Source of the DNA: a virus
Taxonomy: Duplodnaviria > Caudoviricetes
Strand: one strand, 5' to 3'
IMG/VR virus record: IMGVR_UViG_3300032167_000048
Length of the DNA: 64,000 nucleotides
Positions 26,752-35,291 of this stretch are shown here, piece by piece. How positions within the stretch are numbered: position 1 is the stretch's first letter; the number at the start of each line of letters is the position of its first letter. The position numbers and the translations under genes are program-made. The notes under the pieces are model-generated. The model made no database searches. It was not told where the DNA came from and saw nothing but the letters and a program-made list of their open reading frames with translations.

Positions 26752-27915
26752 TTAGCCCTCACTTTCTTTTCTTTCATTTTTAATTTTATTTGACCACCAA
26801 ACATTCCATTTTTCTACAATCTCTTTCTGTTCTTTTGTAAGAGGATGATTGTATCTCTGTAATGCTTGGACAATCTTATCGTTTCTAACCTCAATTGTTA
26901 CGAGGCTTTCGCTTGGTGCGTCTTTATATCTTAAGAATAAAATATGACACTGACCATCAATAACTCTTTGGATATATGATGCTACACAGTTGTTCTGAGC
27001 AACGGCTTCATCTTTGATATCCTGAGTACAATTTGGATAAAAGAATCTATACTCTCCAAACGTTTTCTCCATATCTTTATTAATTCTATCTTTGAATTTT
27101 TCTTCTTTAAACTGCTGTTTTAATCTATCATAGTTTCTACAAGCAATCTGATGTGTTGTAAGAAAATGTCTAGGGTATTTATCAAATTTATCACTAATTT
27201 GTTTCATCATAGATGCATAATCATAAATTTCACCCAATGCGCTACTTGGAATAATGGCTTCAAATGTCATCAAATAATCAAGATAATTCATTAATCCTTT
27301 TACTGTATATCCATATTCTGAAATAAGCTTATTAAATGTTGAAACACTAACCCAGTTATAATCCCATGTTCTTTCTCCGTAATATTTTTTTACAGATTTT
27401 GTATTATGTAATATGCTATTAATTTCATCATCTGTTAATGACATATATTCAAGCTTATACGCAAGTTGATATCCGTCTGGATTTTCTTTATAATTTTTTA
27501 AAAAGCTATCTGATAATTTAATACTATGTGTTTTACATAATTTAATTAATGCTTTTGGAATGTCATTGATTGTATATGAGAAATTACGAGTATTAATAAT
27601 ATCTTCAATTCCAGCAGAAAAAATCTGTTCGTATTTTGCATAACGTGGAATCTTATCTAAAATTGTTCCAACGTTATTAATGTCATGAAATCTGCTTGAA
27701 TATGTTCTTTTAACAAATGAAAGAAACTTTGCATACTTCTCATCTTCACAACAATTAATAACATCATCCATTGTCAACCCTCTTAACTGAGAGCACAAAT
27801 TAGTTACTGGTTTACCTTTTTTTCCAATACATTCTTTTGTAGCGAAATTATATTTTACTGTCTTGCCATCTTCAAAATCAAAAATTAAAAACTGTCTTTC
27901 TTTATAAACTTTCAT
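26752..27915 (-). CDS. PcfJ-like domain protein
   Basis: DY..M, YP....H, E...QNNCVASY, TIEV. Confidence 0.8.
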   Translation of the reverse strand: MKVYKERQFLIFDFEDGKTVKYNFATKECIGKKGKPVTNLCSQLRGLTMDDVINCCEDEKYAKFLSFVKRTYSSRFHDINNVGTILDKIPRYAKYEQIFSAGIEDIINTRNFSYTINDIPKALIKLCKTHSIKLSDSFLKNYKENPDGYQLAYKLEYMSLTDDEINSILHNTKSVKKYYGERTWDYNWVSVSTFNKLISEYGYTVKGLMNYLDYLMTFEAIIPSSALGEIYDYASMMKQISDKFDKYPRHFLTTHQIACRNYDRLKQQFKEEKFKDRINKDMEKTFGEYRFFYPNCTQDIKDEAVAQNNCVASYIQRVIDGQCHILFLRYKDAPSESLVTIEVRNDKIVQALQRYNHPLTKEQKEIVEKWNVWWSNKIKNERKESEG

Positions 27916-27960
27916 ACTTCTTTTTCATTCATTATTTAAAACCTTGTTAATAAGTTACAA

Positions 27961-28039
27961 TTGCAAGATAAGGATTTGAACCTTAGTTTAATCTTAGCTT
28001 TGCTATAAGATTCGTGTTATCCATTTACACTATCTTGCA
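27961..28039 (-). ncRNA. tRNA-like element with a 13-nt anticodon loop
   Basis: Acceptor TGCAAGA/TCTTGCA, D stem GTGT/ACAC, T arm TAAGG-TTCAAAT-CCTTA; no assignable anticodon. Confidence 0.75.
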
Positions 28040-28046
28040 TTAATAT

Positions 28047-28448
28047 GTTATTCGCTATTTACCAGCCTTGCAGATGCTTATAGTCATGTACAACTAAACT
28101 AAACTGTATATCAAGGATTTTGTAAATCTTTATAACTTTACTATTTATTCTTTTAACTTTGACTCATGAAATAAACTTTGAATTTTTAACTTTATTATTT
28201 GAGTTTTACAACTTTAAACTTTACAGTCCCACTATGTAAATATTTATCAATATTTGGCTATAAGTTTAACACACTTACCCATTTTGATAAACAATCAAAT
28301 AAAAAGATTTCCAATCTTTTCCTCTGTTGTTTTTCTAAATCTCAGCTTTTAAGAAGAAGAGGTGTTTCTTTATTGTTTTACATAAGTCTAAGCACCCCTA
28401 AAAGACTTATGAGTTGTAGTCTAAAGTTTTCAATAAACAGCGAATAAC
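28047..28448 (-). ncRNA. Putative ~400-nt structured RNA with a heptamer repeat array
   Basis: 17-bp closing helix (G-U wobbles valid only on the minus strand), internal hairpins, AAAGUU repeats, no credible ORF. Confidence 0.7.
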
Positions 28449-28484
28449 CAATTTATATTAACTACATAAGTAGCTTTCTACTAT

Positions 28485-29141
28485 TTAGTAGTTAACTTCA
28501 ATTTCTGTAATTGCATTAGATACTGAAAGCGCAGCGTCTACTTCTGCCTTGAATGTGTTAATATGTTCTTCTAATGCGTTAATCTTATCCAGAATCTTGA
28601 TAGGGTCTACAAGTTCGTATGTATTTGCTTTAATGAACTGCATTCTAGCCTTTTCATATTCTTCTGTATTCACCTTGCCCTCTTTAGAACCAAATGCACC
28701 AATTACATACTGTTCTGCTCTTTTTTCAAGTTCAGAGCCGTTTTCTCTAAGGATTTCAGCCTGAGCTCTGTTATACTGTTTCTGTAATTCAAGGAGCATG
28801 TGTTCATCAAAAGTAACACCATGATTTTTCATTTCAATAGCTTCTGCCACTGTGTATTCAATACCATTAATTTTTACTTTTGTTACTGCGTTTGACAATA
28901 CAACAGCTTTTTTAATAGCGTTTCTTCTCTTAATCAAATCAGATGCCTTGTCGTAGTTTCCCTGCATAACAGTTTTATATTCTTCAACTGACACGCCTTT
29001 GATTTTATCGTTTGAATGTTTATTTGCTACACAAAATGAACCATTCATAATAGAAGAAAGAATTCTATTATCTAAAAGCTTTAATTCTGCTAATGCTTTA
29101 TGAATTGTCATCTTTTCATTTGTTGCCATGATTTTCACCAT
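28485..29141 (-). CDS. 218-aa alpha-helical coiled-coil protein of unknown function
   Basis: MTIHKALAELK...YTVAEAIEMK...VDAALSVSNA; gaaagg RBS. Confidence 0.8.
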   Translation of the reverse strand: MVKIMATNEKMTIHKALAELKLLDNRILSSIMNGSFCVANKHSNDKIKGVSVEEYKTVMQGNYDKASDLIKRRNAIKKAVVLSNAVTKVKINGIEYTVAEAIEMKNHGVTFDEHMLLELQKQYNRAQAEILRENGSELEKRAEQYVIGAFGSKEGKVNTEEYEKARMQFIKANTYELVDPIKILDKINALEEHINTFKAEVDAALSVSNAITEIEVNY

Positions 29142-29215
29142 TTTAACCTTTCTTTTAAACTTTGAATCTTTTAAACTTTATTACACCAACGTTTTATAGG
29201 CTAGACATTGGTAAA

Positions 29216-29285
29216 CAAGAACGGTGGGAGTCGAACCCACGTCTACGACTTAAAGTCATTGCTCTACCTACTGAGCTACATTCCC
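29216..29285 (-). tRNA. Aberrant tRNA (5-nt anticodon loop; pseudo-tRNA or tRNA-like)
   Basis: GGGAATG TA GCTC..GAGC A ATGAC TTTAA GTCGT AGAC GTGGG TTCGACT CCCAC CGTTCTT G. Confidence 0.65.
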
Positions 29286-29358
29286 GATTGTGTAGGGACT
29301 TCCTACACAGCACCTAAAAAGGAAAGGAGGATTATTTAAAAAAGATTTTCTACAACGA

Positions 29359-29431
29359 CTGCCCCTACTGGATTCGAACCAGTGTAATGCAGGAGTCAAA
29401 GTCCTGTGCCTTACCGCTTGGCGAAGGAGCA
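29359..29431 (-). tRNA. tRNA-Gln(UUG)
   Basis: Canonical cloverleaf, CAGGA CT-TTG-AC TCCTG, U1-A72 and G73. Confidence 0.92.
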
Positions 29432-29436
29432 ATAAG

Positions 29437-29525
29437 TACACCCTCCCAGATTCGAACTGGGCTTATACCTTGCTAGGGCTTACGACTTATAAGGTCGTGG
29501 CTCTCACCTAATGAGCTAAGGGTGC
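29437..29525 (-). tRNA. tRNA with UAU anticodon (Ile, AUA) and a 20-nt variable region
   Basis: ACGAC CT-TAT-AA GTCGT; T arm CCCAG TTCGAAT CTGGG; acceptor GCACCCT/AGGGTGT. Confidence 0.8.
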
Positions 29526-29624
29526 TGAAAGGAGTGCCGCCTTTAACGGCTTATTCATTTTAGAATAAGGTTGAGTTCCACTGCTTTATGACAAAAAACA
29601 AAGAATCCAGAGATTCGAAATTGG

Positions 29625-29768
29625 CTATTTATCATTGATTGCAGATTTTGCTCTCTGCTTTTCTCCCTCAATTTCATTACTGAGTTTTCTCATAATTGAA
29701 GTCCATCTTGCATAAGCTGTATGCTTTCCTCTTTTACTGTTTACATTTGAATTCTGATTAAGATTCAT
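29625..29768 (-). CDS. Hypothetical basic protein (47 aa)
   Basis: Hand-translated MNLNQNSNVNSKRGKHTAYARWTSIMRKL...; aaggag RBS. Confidence 0.55.
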   Translation of the reverse strand: MNLNQNSNVNSKRGKHTAYARWTSIMRKLSNEIEGEKQRAKSAINDK

Positions 29769-29817
29769 ATTGTTCTCCTTATAACCTTATTTTTTATTTG
29801 CTTCATTTGATATATTT

Positions 29818-29846
29818 AGTATATCATATTTAAAGCAGTTTGTCAA
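29818..29846 (-). promoter_or_regulatory. sigmaA promoter of the tRNA/ncRNA operon (proximal)
   Basis: TTGACA-17-TATACT with TG extension. Confidence 0.8.
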
Positions 29847-29905
29847 GTAGTTTTTTGAACTTTTTATTTTTTTATTTCTATTTGTTCGCTTCACTTGATA
29901 TATTA

Positions 29906-29934
29906 ACTATATCATATTTACCATTATTTGTCAA
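29906..29934 (-). promoter_or_regulatory. sigmaA promoter of the tRNA/ncRNA operon (distal duplicate)
   Basis: TTGACA-17-TATAGT with TG extension. Confidence 0.75.
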
Positions 29935-29951
29935 GTAGTTTTTTAGACTTT

Positions 29952-30407
29952 TTACATTTCTTCAATGTTTTTATATTCTGACAGATTGTGGAAGTAATTA
30001 ACCTTATCATCTAATTCGTATACTACTTTTCTTAATTCGGCTTCTTTTTTCTTGCTATCAGTTCTTGTATACTTCTTCCACATCTTATCTCTTTCTTTGT
30101 GTAATTCAACGTATTTCTCGGTCACATCTTCTTCGCCAATGACGTTAATTACAATTGGTTCTCCACAGAATGGACAATGAGTTAACTTATAATAAGTTTC
30201 TTCTTCATATTCATCTCCCCAGTCATAAAATGATTCTGTGAATCTTATAGAAATTGATGGAGTAATTGTATCTTCGCATTCATCTGTGTATTCGCAAACC
30301 AAATTAATTATAGGATTGTTTTTTAGTTTTTCACAACACCATTCAAATGGCTTATATTTATAACCATCATAACAATCAAATGTCTGTCTGATTAATTCTA
30401 TATTCAT
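29952..30407 (-). CDS. Hypothetical protein with CC...CPFCG zinc motif
   Basis: ORF track. Confidence 0.65.
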   Translation of the reverse strand: MNIELIRQTFDCYDGYKYKPFEWCCEKLKNNPIINLVCEYTDECEDTITPSISIRFTESFYDWGDEYEEETYYKLTHCPFCGEPIVINVIGEEDVTEKYVELHKERDKMWKKYTRTDSKKKEAELRKVVYELDDKVNYFHNLSEYKNIEEM

Positions 30408-30479
30408 ATACTTCCCTTTCGTTTATGTATGCATTATAGCATATAACATTATTGATTGTAAGTACTTTTTTGGGAAAAA

Positions 30480-31148
30480 TTATAAATTATCCTTAAGATA
30501 ATTTAAATATTCATCCCAGAAGCCTTTTACATAAATGTACTCTTTGCTTTGTCTAGCCAGCTTCATTTTCTTCATATCATCTTTTATATTAAAGGATTCA
30601 GATTGCTTCTTGCCTCTCTTGCAAAGACTTTTTGACATGATATCGTCTAAGAAATCATTCGTAACTCTTGAGATGGAAAGTAGCTCGCCTTTAGGCACAT
30701 CCTTGGTAATTTCTTTATATAGTGCGATTTTCTCGGCTGGTATTTCCACATTTGACTTTGGAAGATTACGGCTTGAAAATGGTGAGATACTAGCTCCACT
30801 TGTACGTGCTTTTAATAATTCTGCTACAATTTCAATGTCAGCAGCTTTAAATTTGAATTCTACTTCTTCGTCATTTTCAATATGGTCAACATATTCAATA
30901 CCACTTTCTTTAACTGCTTTAATAATATTATGACCACGTCCAATTGATGGTATATATGCAACCAACCACACTGGTCTCTTATTATCAATATGACCATATG
31001 TGTAAATTCTATTTCCATTTTGACACGAAATATAAACATCTATATCTTCAATGTTCCCATCTGCGTCCCTAGGAAAATCATTTGTGTCTTGGTCTAATTC
31101 ACATAGTAGTCTATATTGTCCTTTGTATCTCATCAAATAATTTGCCAT
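30480..31148 (-). CDS. Hypothetical phage protein
   Basis: 222 aa, aaggag RBS. Confidence 0.7.
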   Translation of the reverse strand: MANYLMRYKGQYRLLCELDQDTNDFPRDADGNIEDIDVYISCQNGNRIYTYGHIDNKRPVWLVAYIPSIGRGHNIIKAVKESGIEYVDHIENDEEVEFKFKAADIEIVAELLKARTSGASISPFSSRNLPKSNVEIPAEKIALYKEITKDVPKGELLSISRVTNDFLDDIMSKSLCKRGKKQSESFNIKDDMKKMKLARQSKEYIYVKGFWDEYLNYLKDNL

Positions 31149-31150
31149 AA

Positions 31151-31423
31151 CTAATACTCCTTACCTTTAAACAACTCTCTGGCTAAAACAGTTCCACATT
31201 CAATAGTTTCAATATCAAAATCTACTGGCATAATTGCACATTCATGCATTACAACAATTGGAACTTTCATTGTTTCAGCCACTCGACCCTCTTTACCTAA
31301 TTCACTCATAGAATAATTAATAAACATTTCCATGAAATTTTGTGCTTCTTGTTGAGATTCAAACAAGATAATTCTGCCTTTATTATGAAAATAAAGACCG
31401 CTCTTATGCATGATTATAAACAT
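31151..31423 (-). CDS. Hypothetical protein
   Basis: ggtggtga RBS. Confidence 0.6.
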   Translation of the reverse strand: MFIIMHKSGLYFHNKGRIILFESQQEAQNFMEMFINYSMSELGKEGRVAETMKVPIVVMHECAIMPVDFDIETIECGTVLARELFKGKEY

Positions 31424-31468
31424 ATTTCATTCACCACCTAATAAAATTGGGATTTTAAGTGCTATTTT

Positions 31469-31516
31469 GCACTATATATAGTGCATTAGAAAATGCTAAC
31501 ACACTATATATAGTAG
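31469..31516. promoter_or_regulatory. Tandem NrdR-box pair
   Basis: gcactatatatagtgc (31469) and acactatatatagtag (31501), 32 bp apart. Confidence 0.7.
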
Positions 31517-31524
31517 TTAAAAAA

Positions 31525-31764
31525 TTACATGTCTGCCAATCTGTCATTCATAGAATCAATTTTTAATTTGTCTGAATGAGTCATGCCATGTTTACAATTG
31601 AAATCAGTCTTGCCAGCACATAACGGACAAGAGCAATGAACTTTGTTCTTAGAGTATTGATGCAGATTATCATATAATGACGCTCCATGATTATGCTCTG
31701 CGATATTCTTTTTTCTGATTGCCTTGTTATAATCGTTTTTTCTTCTCTCTGCTCTTGTTTTCAT
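31525..31764 (-). CDS. Small basic protein with HCSCPLC motif
   Basis: gaggt RBS before MKTRAERR. Confidence 0.65.
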   Translation of the reverse strand: MKTRAERRKNDYNKAIRKKNIAEHNHGASLYDNLHQYSKNKVHCSCPLCAGKTDFNCKHGMTHSDKLKIDSMNDRLADM

Positions 31765-31783
31765 AATTGTACCTCTTATAATT

Positions 31784-32233
31784 TTATTTATTTGTACTAC
31801 CGAATCCACCAACTCTTACATTGTCTGTATTACCATTATCAGCAACTAAGAAGTTAAAGAATGCTCCCTGAGCAACTCTATCTCCTTTATTAATTGTTAA
31901 TACATCATTACTAATGTTTTTTAAGAAGATGCCAATGTTGCCATCATTTCCATCATTAGAGTAATAATCCGAATCAATCCATCCAGAAGTGTTGGCTAAC
32001 ATCCACTTACCACCCATAGAACTTCTAACATTCAGAATTAAACATTCATCTTCTTTCATATAGGCTTTTACATCAGTCCATACTTTTACAATACCGTTTG
32101 GTGCTGCTACGTATGTATCATTAGCATAGAAATCATATGCCATTGCAGTACTAGAACCCCTAGTTGGTAATGTTACATCGTCAGTAGTTTTTCTTTTGCT
32201 ATCAATTACAACTTCAAATCCTCTTGTTTTCAT
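31784..32233 (-). CDS. dut: Trimeric dUTPase
   Basis: AYDF, RSSMG, GWIDSDY, GDRVAQG, R.GGFGST. Confidence 0.92.
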   Translation of the reverse strand: MKTRGFEVVIDSKRKTTDDVTLPTRGSSTAMAYDFYANDTYVAAPNGIVKVWTDVKAYMKEDECLILNVRSSMGGKWMLANTSGWIDSDYYSNDGNDGNIGIFLKNISNDVLTINKGDRVAQGAFFNFLVADNGNTDNVRVGGFGSTNK

Positions 32234-32245
32234 TTTTATCACCCT

Positions 32246-32533
32246 CTAATATTCTTCATAGTAAGATTCATTGCTTACTACTTTTGTTTTCTTCTTTTCT
32301 GCTTCTTGGACTACTTTTAATGCGACCTTTCTATCTTCGAAAACTGTTTTGCCAAAAGCATTATAGTTTAATAAATAAGCATGCTTGTCATGCTTGTCTA
32401 TACCAACAAAATAATCGTCTGCTACAGTTCTAACCTTTAATTCGCATAAATCATAGACTCCTACGCTTGGCATTATTTTGGCGTAATATACAATATCTTT
32501 CTTTTTTAATTTTACTACGTTGTCTTTACCCAT
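32246..32533 (-). CDS. Hypothetical protein
   Basis: ORF track. Confidence 0.6.
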   Translation of the reverse strand: MGKDNVVKLKKKDIVYYAKIMPSVGVYDLCELKVRTVADDYFVGIDKHDKHAYLLNYNAFGKTVFEDRKVALKVVQEAEKKKTKVVSNESYYEEY

Positions 32534-33042
32534 ACGCCATTTTCCTTTTTCCAGATATTCTGATTGCCACTACCACGAAATTTTAATGTAACATCTCTTA
32601 ATTTATCTATATATCTGCCGTCAACAAAAACATCTATATTTTCTTCTAATATAAACTTTCTATAATCGTCTGCTTGAGTCCAATTAAGAAATGTGTCAAA
32701 ATCTTGATTCATTATTTCATCATATGTATATCCACTATATAACCATATCTTTTTATCTGGGAACAGATGTTTAATTCTTTTTGTTAACAAATATACTTTT
32801 CTAACATTTAAATTAGCTAATGGCTCTCCGCCAAGAATACTAATTCTCTTAATATATGGTTTACTAATTAACTCTAAAAATTTTTCTTCAATTTCTTCTG
32901 TCCATTCTTTGCCGCCATTAAAATCCCAAGCCTCTTCATTAAAACAGCCTTTACAATGAAATTTACATCCTTGTGTGAAGAGGGAACATCCTATTCCCTC
33001 TCCATTACATACTTCAAATGGCAAAATCTGTGCGTATCTCAC
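32515..33042 (-). CDS. nrdG: Anaerobic RNR activating enzyme (radical SAM)
   Basis: NGEG, CKFHCKGC, GGEP, VDG.Y, FRGS.NQ. Confidence 0.95.
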   Translation of the reverse strand: MRYAQILPFEVCNGEGIGCSLFTQGCKFHCKGCFNEEAWDFNGGKEWTEEIEEKFLELISKPYIKRISILGGEPLANLNVRKVYLLTKRIKHLFPDKKIWLYSGYTYDEIMNQDFDTFLNWTQADDYRKFILEENIDVFVDGRYIDKLRDVTLKFRGSGNQNIWKKENGVWVKTT

Positions 33043-35258
33043 TATAGAGTTCCTCCGTCATGTTTTACACGTAAGCCAACTTCTTCTTGTTTTCCCTCAT
33101 TGAATGCACTAGTATAATCACCAGTTAAATATCCAGTAACACGTCTAAGTCTCTGAATTTCATCTCCACCACACATAGGACACATATGAGAGATTTCATC
33201 TGTATAACCACACTGCATGCAAGTATCATTAGGTACGTTTACTGCAAAGTATGGAATATCTTTGTCCATAGCATAGTTCACGATATCTTCTAATGCTTCT
33301 AAGTTGTTTTTAACAGTTGAATCCAGTTCAATATATGTAATACATCCAGCACTACTGTAGCCAGTTAACTGAGACTCAATATCAATTTTTTCAAATGGAT
33401 TCATCTTTTCCCAAACTGGAACATGCATTGAGTTAGTAAAGAATTTCTTATCTGAAACTTTAGGAATTACACCGTATTTTTCTTTGAATTTACTCATAGC
33501 TGTAAAGCAAAGATTTTCTGCTGGTGTATAATAAACACCAAAGTTTAATTTGTACTCTTCTTTAAATTCTGCACATCTATCTTTAAATAACTGTTCAATG
33601 CGTTTAGCAAGCTCCATACCTTTTTCTGTTGTATGATTGCATCCAATAAGAATTTCAAGCGTTTCTGCAAGCCCAAGCTGTCCGATTACAATTGTTCCAT
33701 GTTTAAGAGCTGAACGAATTCCCTCTTCTGGAATATATCCCTCCATTACTCCATTTTCATACATGAATTTAGCCGAGTCTGGAGACTGTGAACAAATCCA
33801 TTCAAAACGTTCAAGAAGCATGTCTTTTGCCTCGTGAATTTTCTTATCTAATAATTCCATAAATACTTCAACAATATTGTCGTCATATTCACTCATAAAA
33901 GATTCTTTTGCCTGCATTGCTAAAGTAGGCATAATAATTGTTACTGGACAAATATTGCCACGTCCATCTTTCTGCTGTTTTAATCCATTAATATCCCATC
34001 CATTTGCAGTACGACATCCCATTGTGCTGAAATACGTCTGAGGGTCATTAATATCATATCCAGCATTTCCAGACCAATCTACATTTGCATAGTTAGGATA
34101 CAATCTCTGTGCAGTAGATTTTAATGCTAACTGGAACAAATCATAGTTAGGGTCTTCTGGTTTTCTATTAACACCTTTCATACACTGGAAGATTCCACAA
34201 GGGAAAATGGATGTTTTATGAAGACTTCCAATACCATCGATAGATACCTCAAGTAATGCTTTTGTCACCATACGACCCTCTGGTTCTGTACAAGTACCAT
34301 AGTTAATAGATGTAAATGGTAACTGATTACCAGAGCGAGACTGTAATGTGTTTAAATTGTGGTACATGGCTTCAACAGACTGACGTACTTCTTTTTCTAC
34401 CATATCCATTGCATATTTATATGCTTCTTTGTTCTGCTCTGAATTTGCTTCAAGGTCATTAAATGACAATTCTTTTGGAACAATCTTTGCGTACTCTTCA
34501 TCTTTTAAAATGTATTTAACTCCATTTTTAAAATGCTTTGCAAAGCTCTTTCTAACGTATGGAATCATAGTCCAATCTAAGTGAGTTGCAGAAACACCAC
34601 CGAACTGCTGCAAGCTCTGTAACTGGAAAATTACAGCAACTAACTGAAATGCTGTGCTTACAGATTGAGCTGGTCTAACATCTGTCTGTCTTGTATTAAA
34701 TCCATTTGCAAGCAATTTATCAAATGGGATACTCATACAATTGTGCATTCCAACAGCGTATGAGTTAAGGTCGTGAATATAAACTTCATTATTTAAATGA
34801 TTGTTTTTGGCCATCTCAGACATACAATAATCTAATGCATACTGTTTCATTACTGCATCATTTGCTTCTCCCATACGACCACCAAACGACTTCTCATCAA
34901 CATTAGCGTTCTGATTCTGTACGTTTTTAGCCATAAGTTTTTCTGATACAGATTTGATTAATTTACTATTTCTTTCACGAGCCTTAGTTCTTTCATTGCG
35001 ATATAAAATATACTGTTTTGCAACATCTTTACGATTGCTTGCCATTAATTTTGTTTCTACAATGTCTTGAATTTCTTCAACAGACATTTTCTTTTTGCCA
35101 GTTTCTGTAATCTGATTTGTAATTCTATCAATAATTACTTTTGATTCATCTGTGATATCACCATCGATATCTTTAAAAGCCTTTCCAATTGCTATACAAA
35201 TCTTATTGGGGTTATAGACATCTTCTCTTCCATCGCGTTTAACAACAATGTTAACCAT
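33042..35258 (-). CDS. nrdD: Class III ribonucleoside-triphosphate reductase with ATP cone
   Basis: VVKRDGR ATP cone, MGCR, TPAENL, CxxC..CxxC, RRVTGYL glycyl-radical loop. Confidence 0.97.
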   Translation of the reverse strand: MVNIVVKRDGREDVYNPNKICIAIGKAFKDIDGDITDESKVIIDRITNQITETGKKKMSVEEIQDIVETKLMASNRKDVAKQYILYRNERTKARERNSKLIKSVSEKLMAKNVQNQNANVDEKSFGGRMGEANDAVMKQYALDYCMSEMAKNNHLNNEVYIHDLNSYAVGMHNCMSIPFDKLLANGFNTRQTDVRPAQSVSTAFQLVAVIFQLQSLQQFGGVSATHLDWTMIPYVRKSFAKHFKNGVKYILKDEEYAKIVPKELSFNDLEANSEQNKEAYKYAMDMVEKEVRQSVEAMYHNLNTLQSRSGNQLPFTSINYGTCTEPEGRMVTKALLEVSIDGIGSLHKTSIFPCGIFQCMKGVNRKPEDPNYDLFQLALKSTAQRLYPNYANVDWSGNAGYDINDPQTYFSTMGCRTANGWDINGLKQQKDGRGNICPVTIIMPTLAMQAKESFMSEYDDNIVEVFMELLDKKIHEAKDMLLERFEWICSQSPDSAKFMYENGVMEGYIPEEGIRSALKHGTIVIGQLGLAETLEILIGCNHTTEKGMELAKRIEQLFKDRCAEFKEEYKLNFGVYYTPAENLCFTAMSKFKEKYGVIPKVSDKKFFTNSMHVPVWEKMNPFEKIDIESQLTGYSSAGCITYIELDSTVKNNLEALEDIVNYAMDKDIPYFAVNVPNDTCMQCGYTDEISHMCPMCGGDEIQRLRRVTGYLTGDYTSAFNEGKQEEVGLRVKHDGGTL

Positions 35259-35291
35259 AACCACATTCCTCCTTATAACTTTATTTTTTAT

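Noticed and set aside
28199-28447. 82-aa plus-strand ORF over the ncRNA
   Set aside because: TTG start, no RBS, antisense to the operon; the wobble pattern favours a minus-strand RNA.
29216-29285. Ochre suppressor tRNA (loop read as CT-TTA-AG)
   Set aside because: It needs a 4-bp anticodon stem, and TAA is the main stop codon here. The 5-bp stem with a 5-nt loop, resembling the arm of the neighbouring UAU tRNA, is more parsimonious.
29286-29358. tRNA-associated HDV-like (theta) ribozyme
   Set aside because: Only a simple hairpin (tgtgtagg/cctacaca) is visible; I could not build a nested double pseudoknot.
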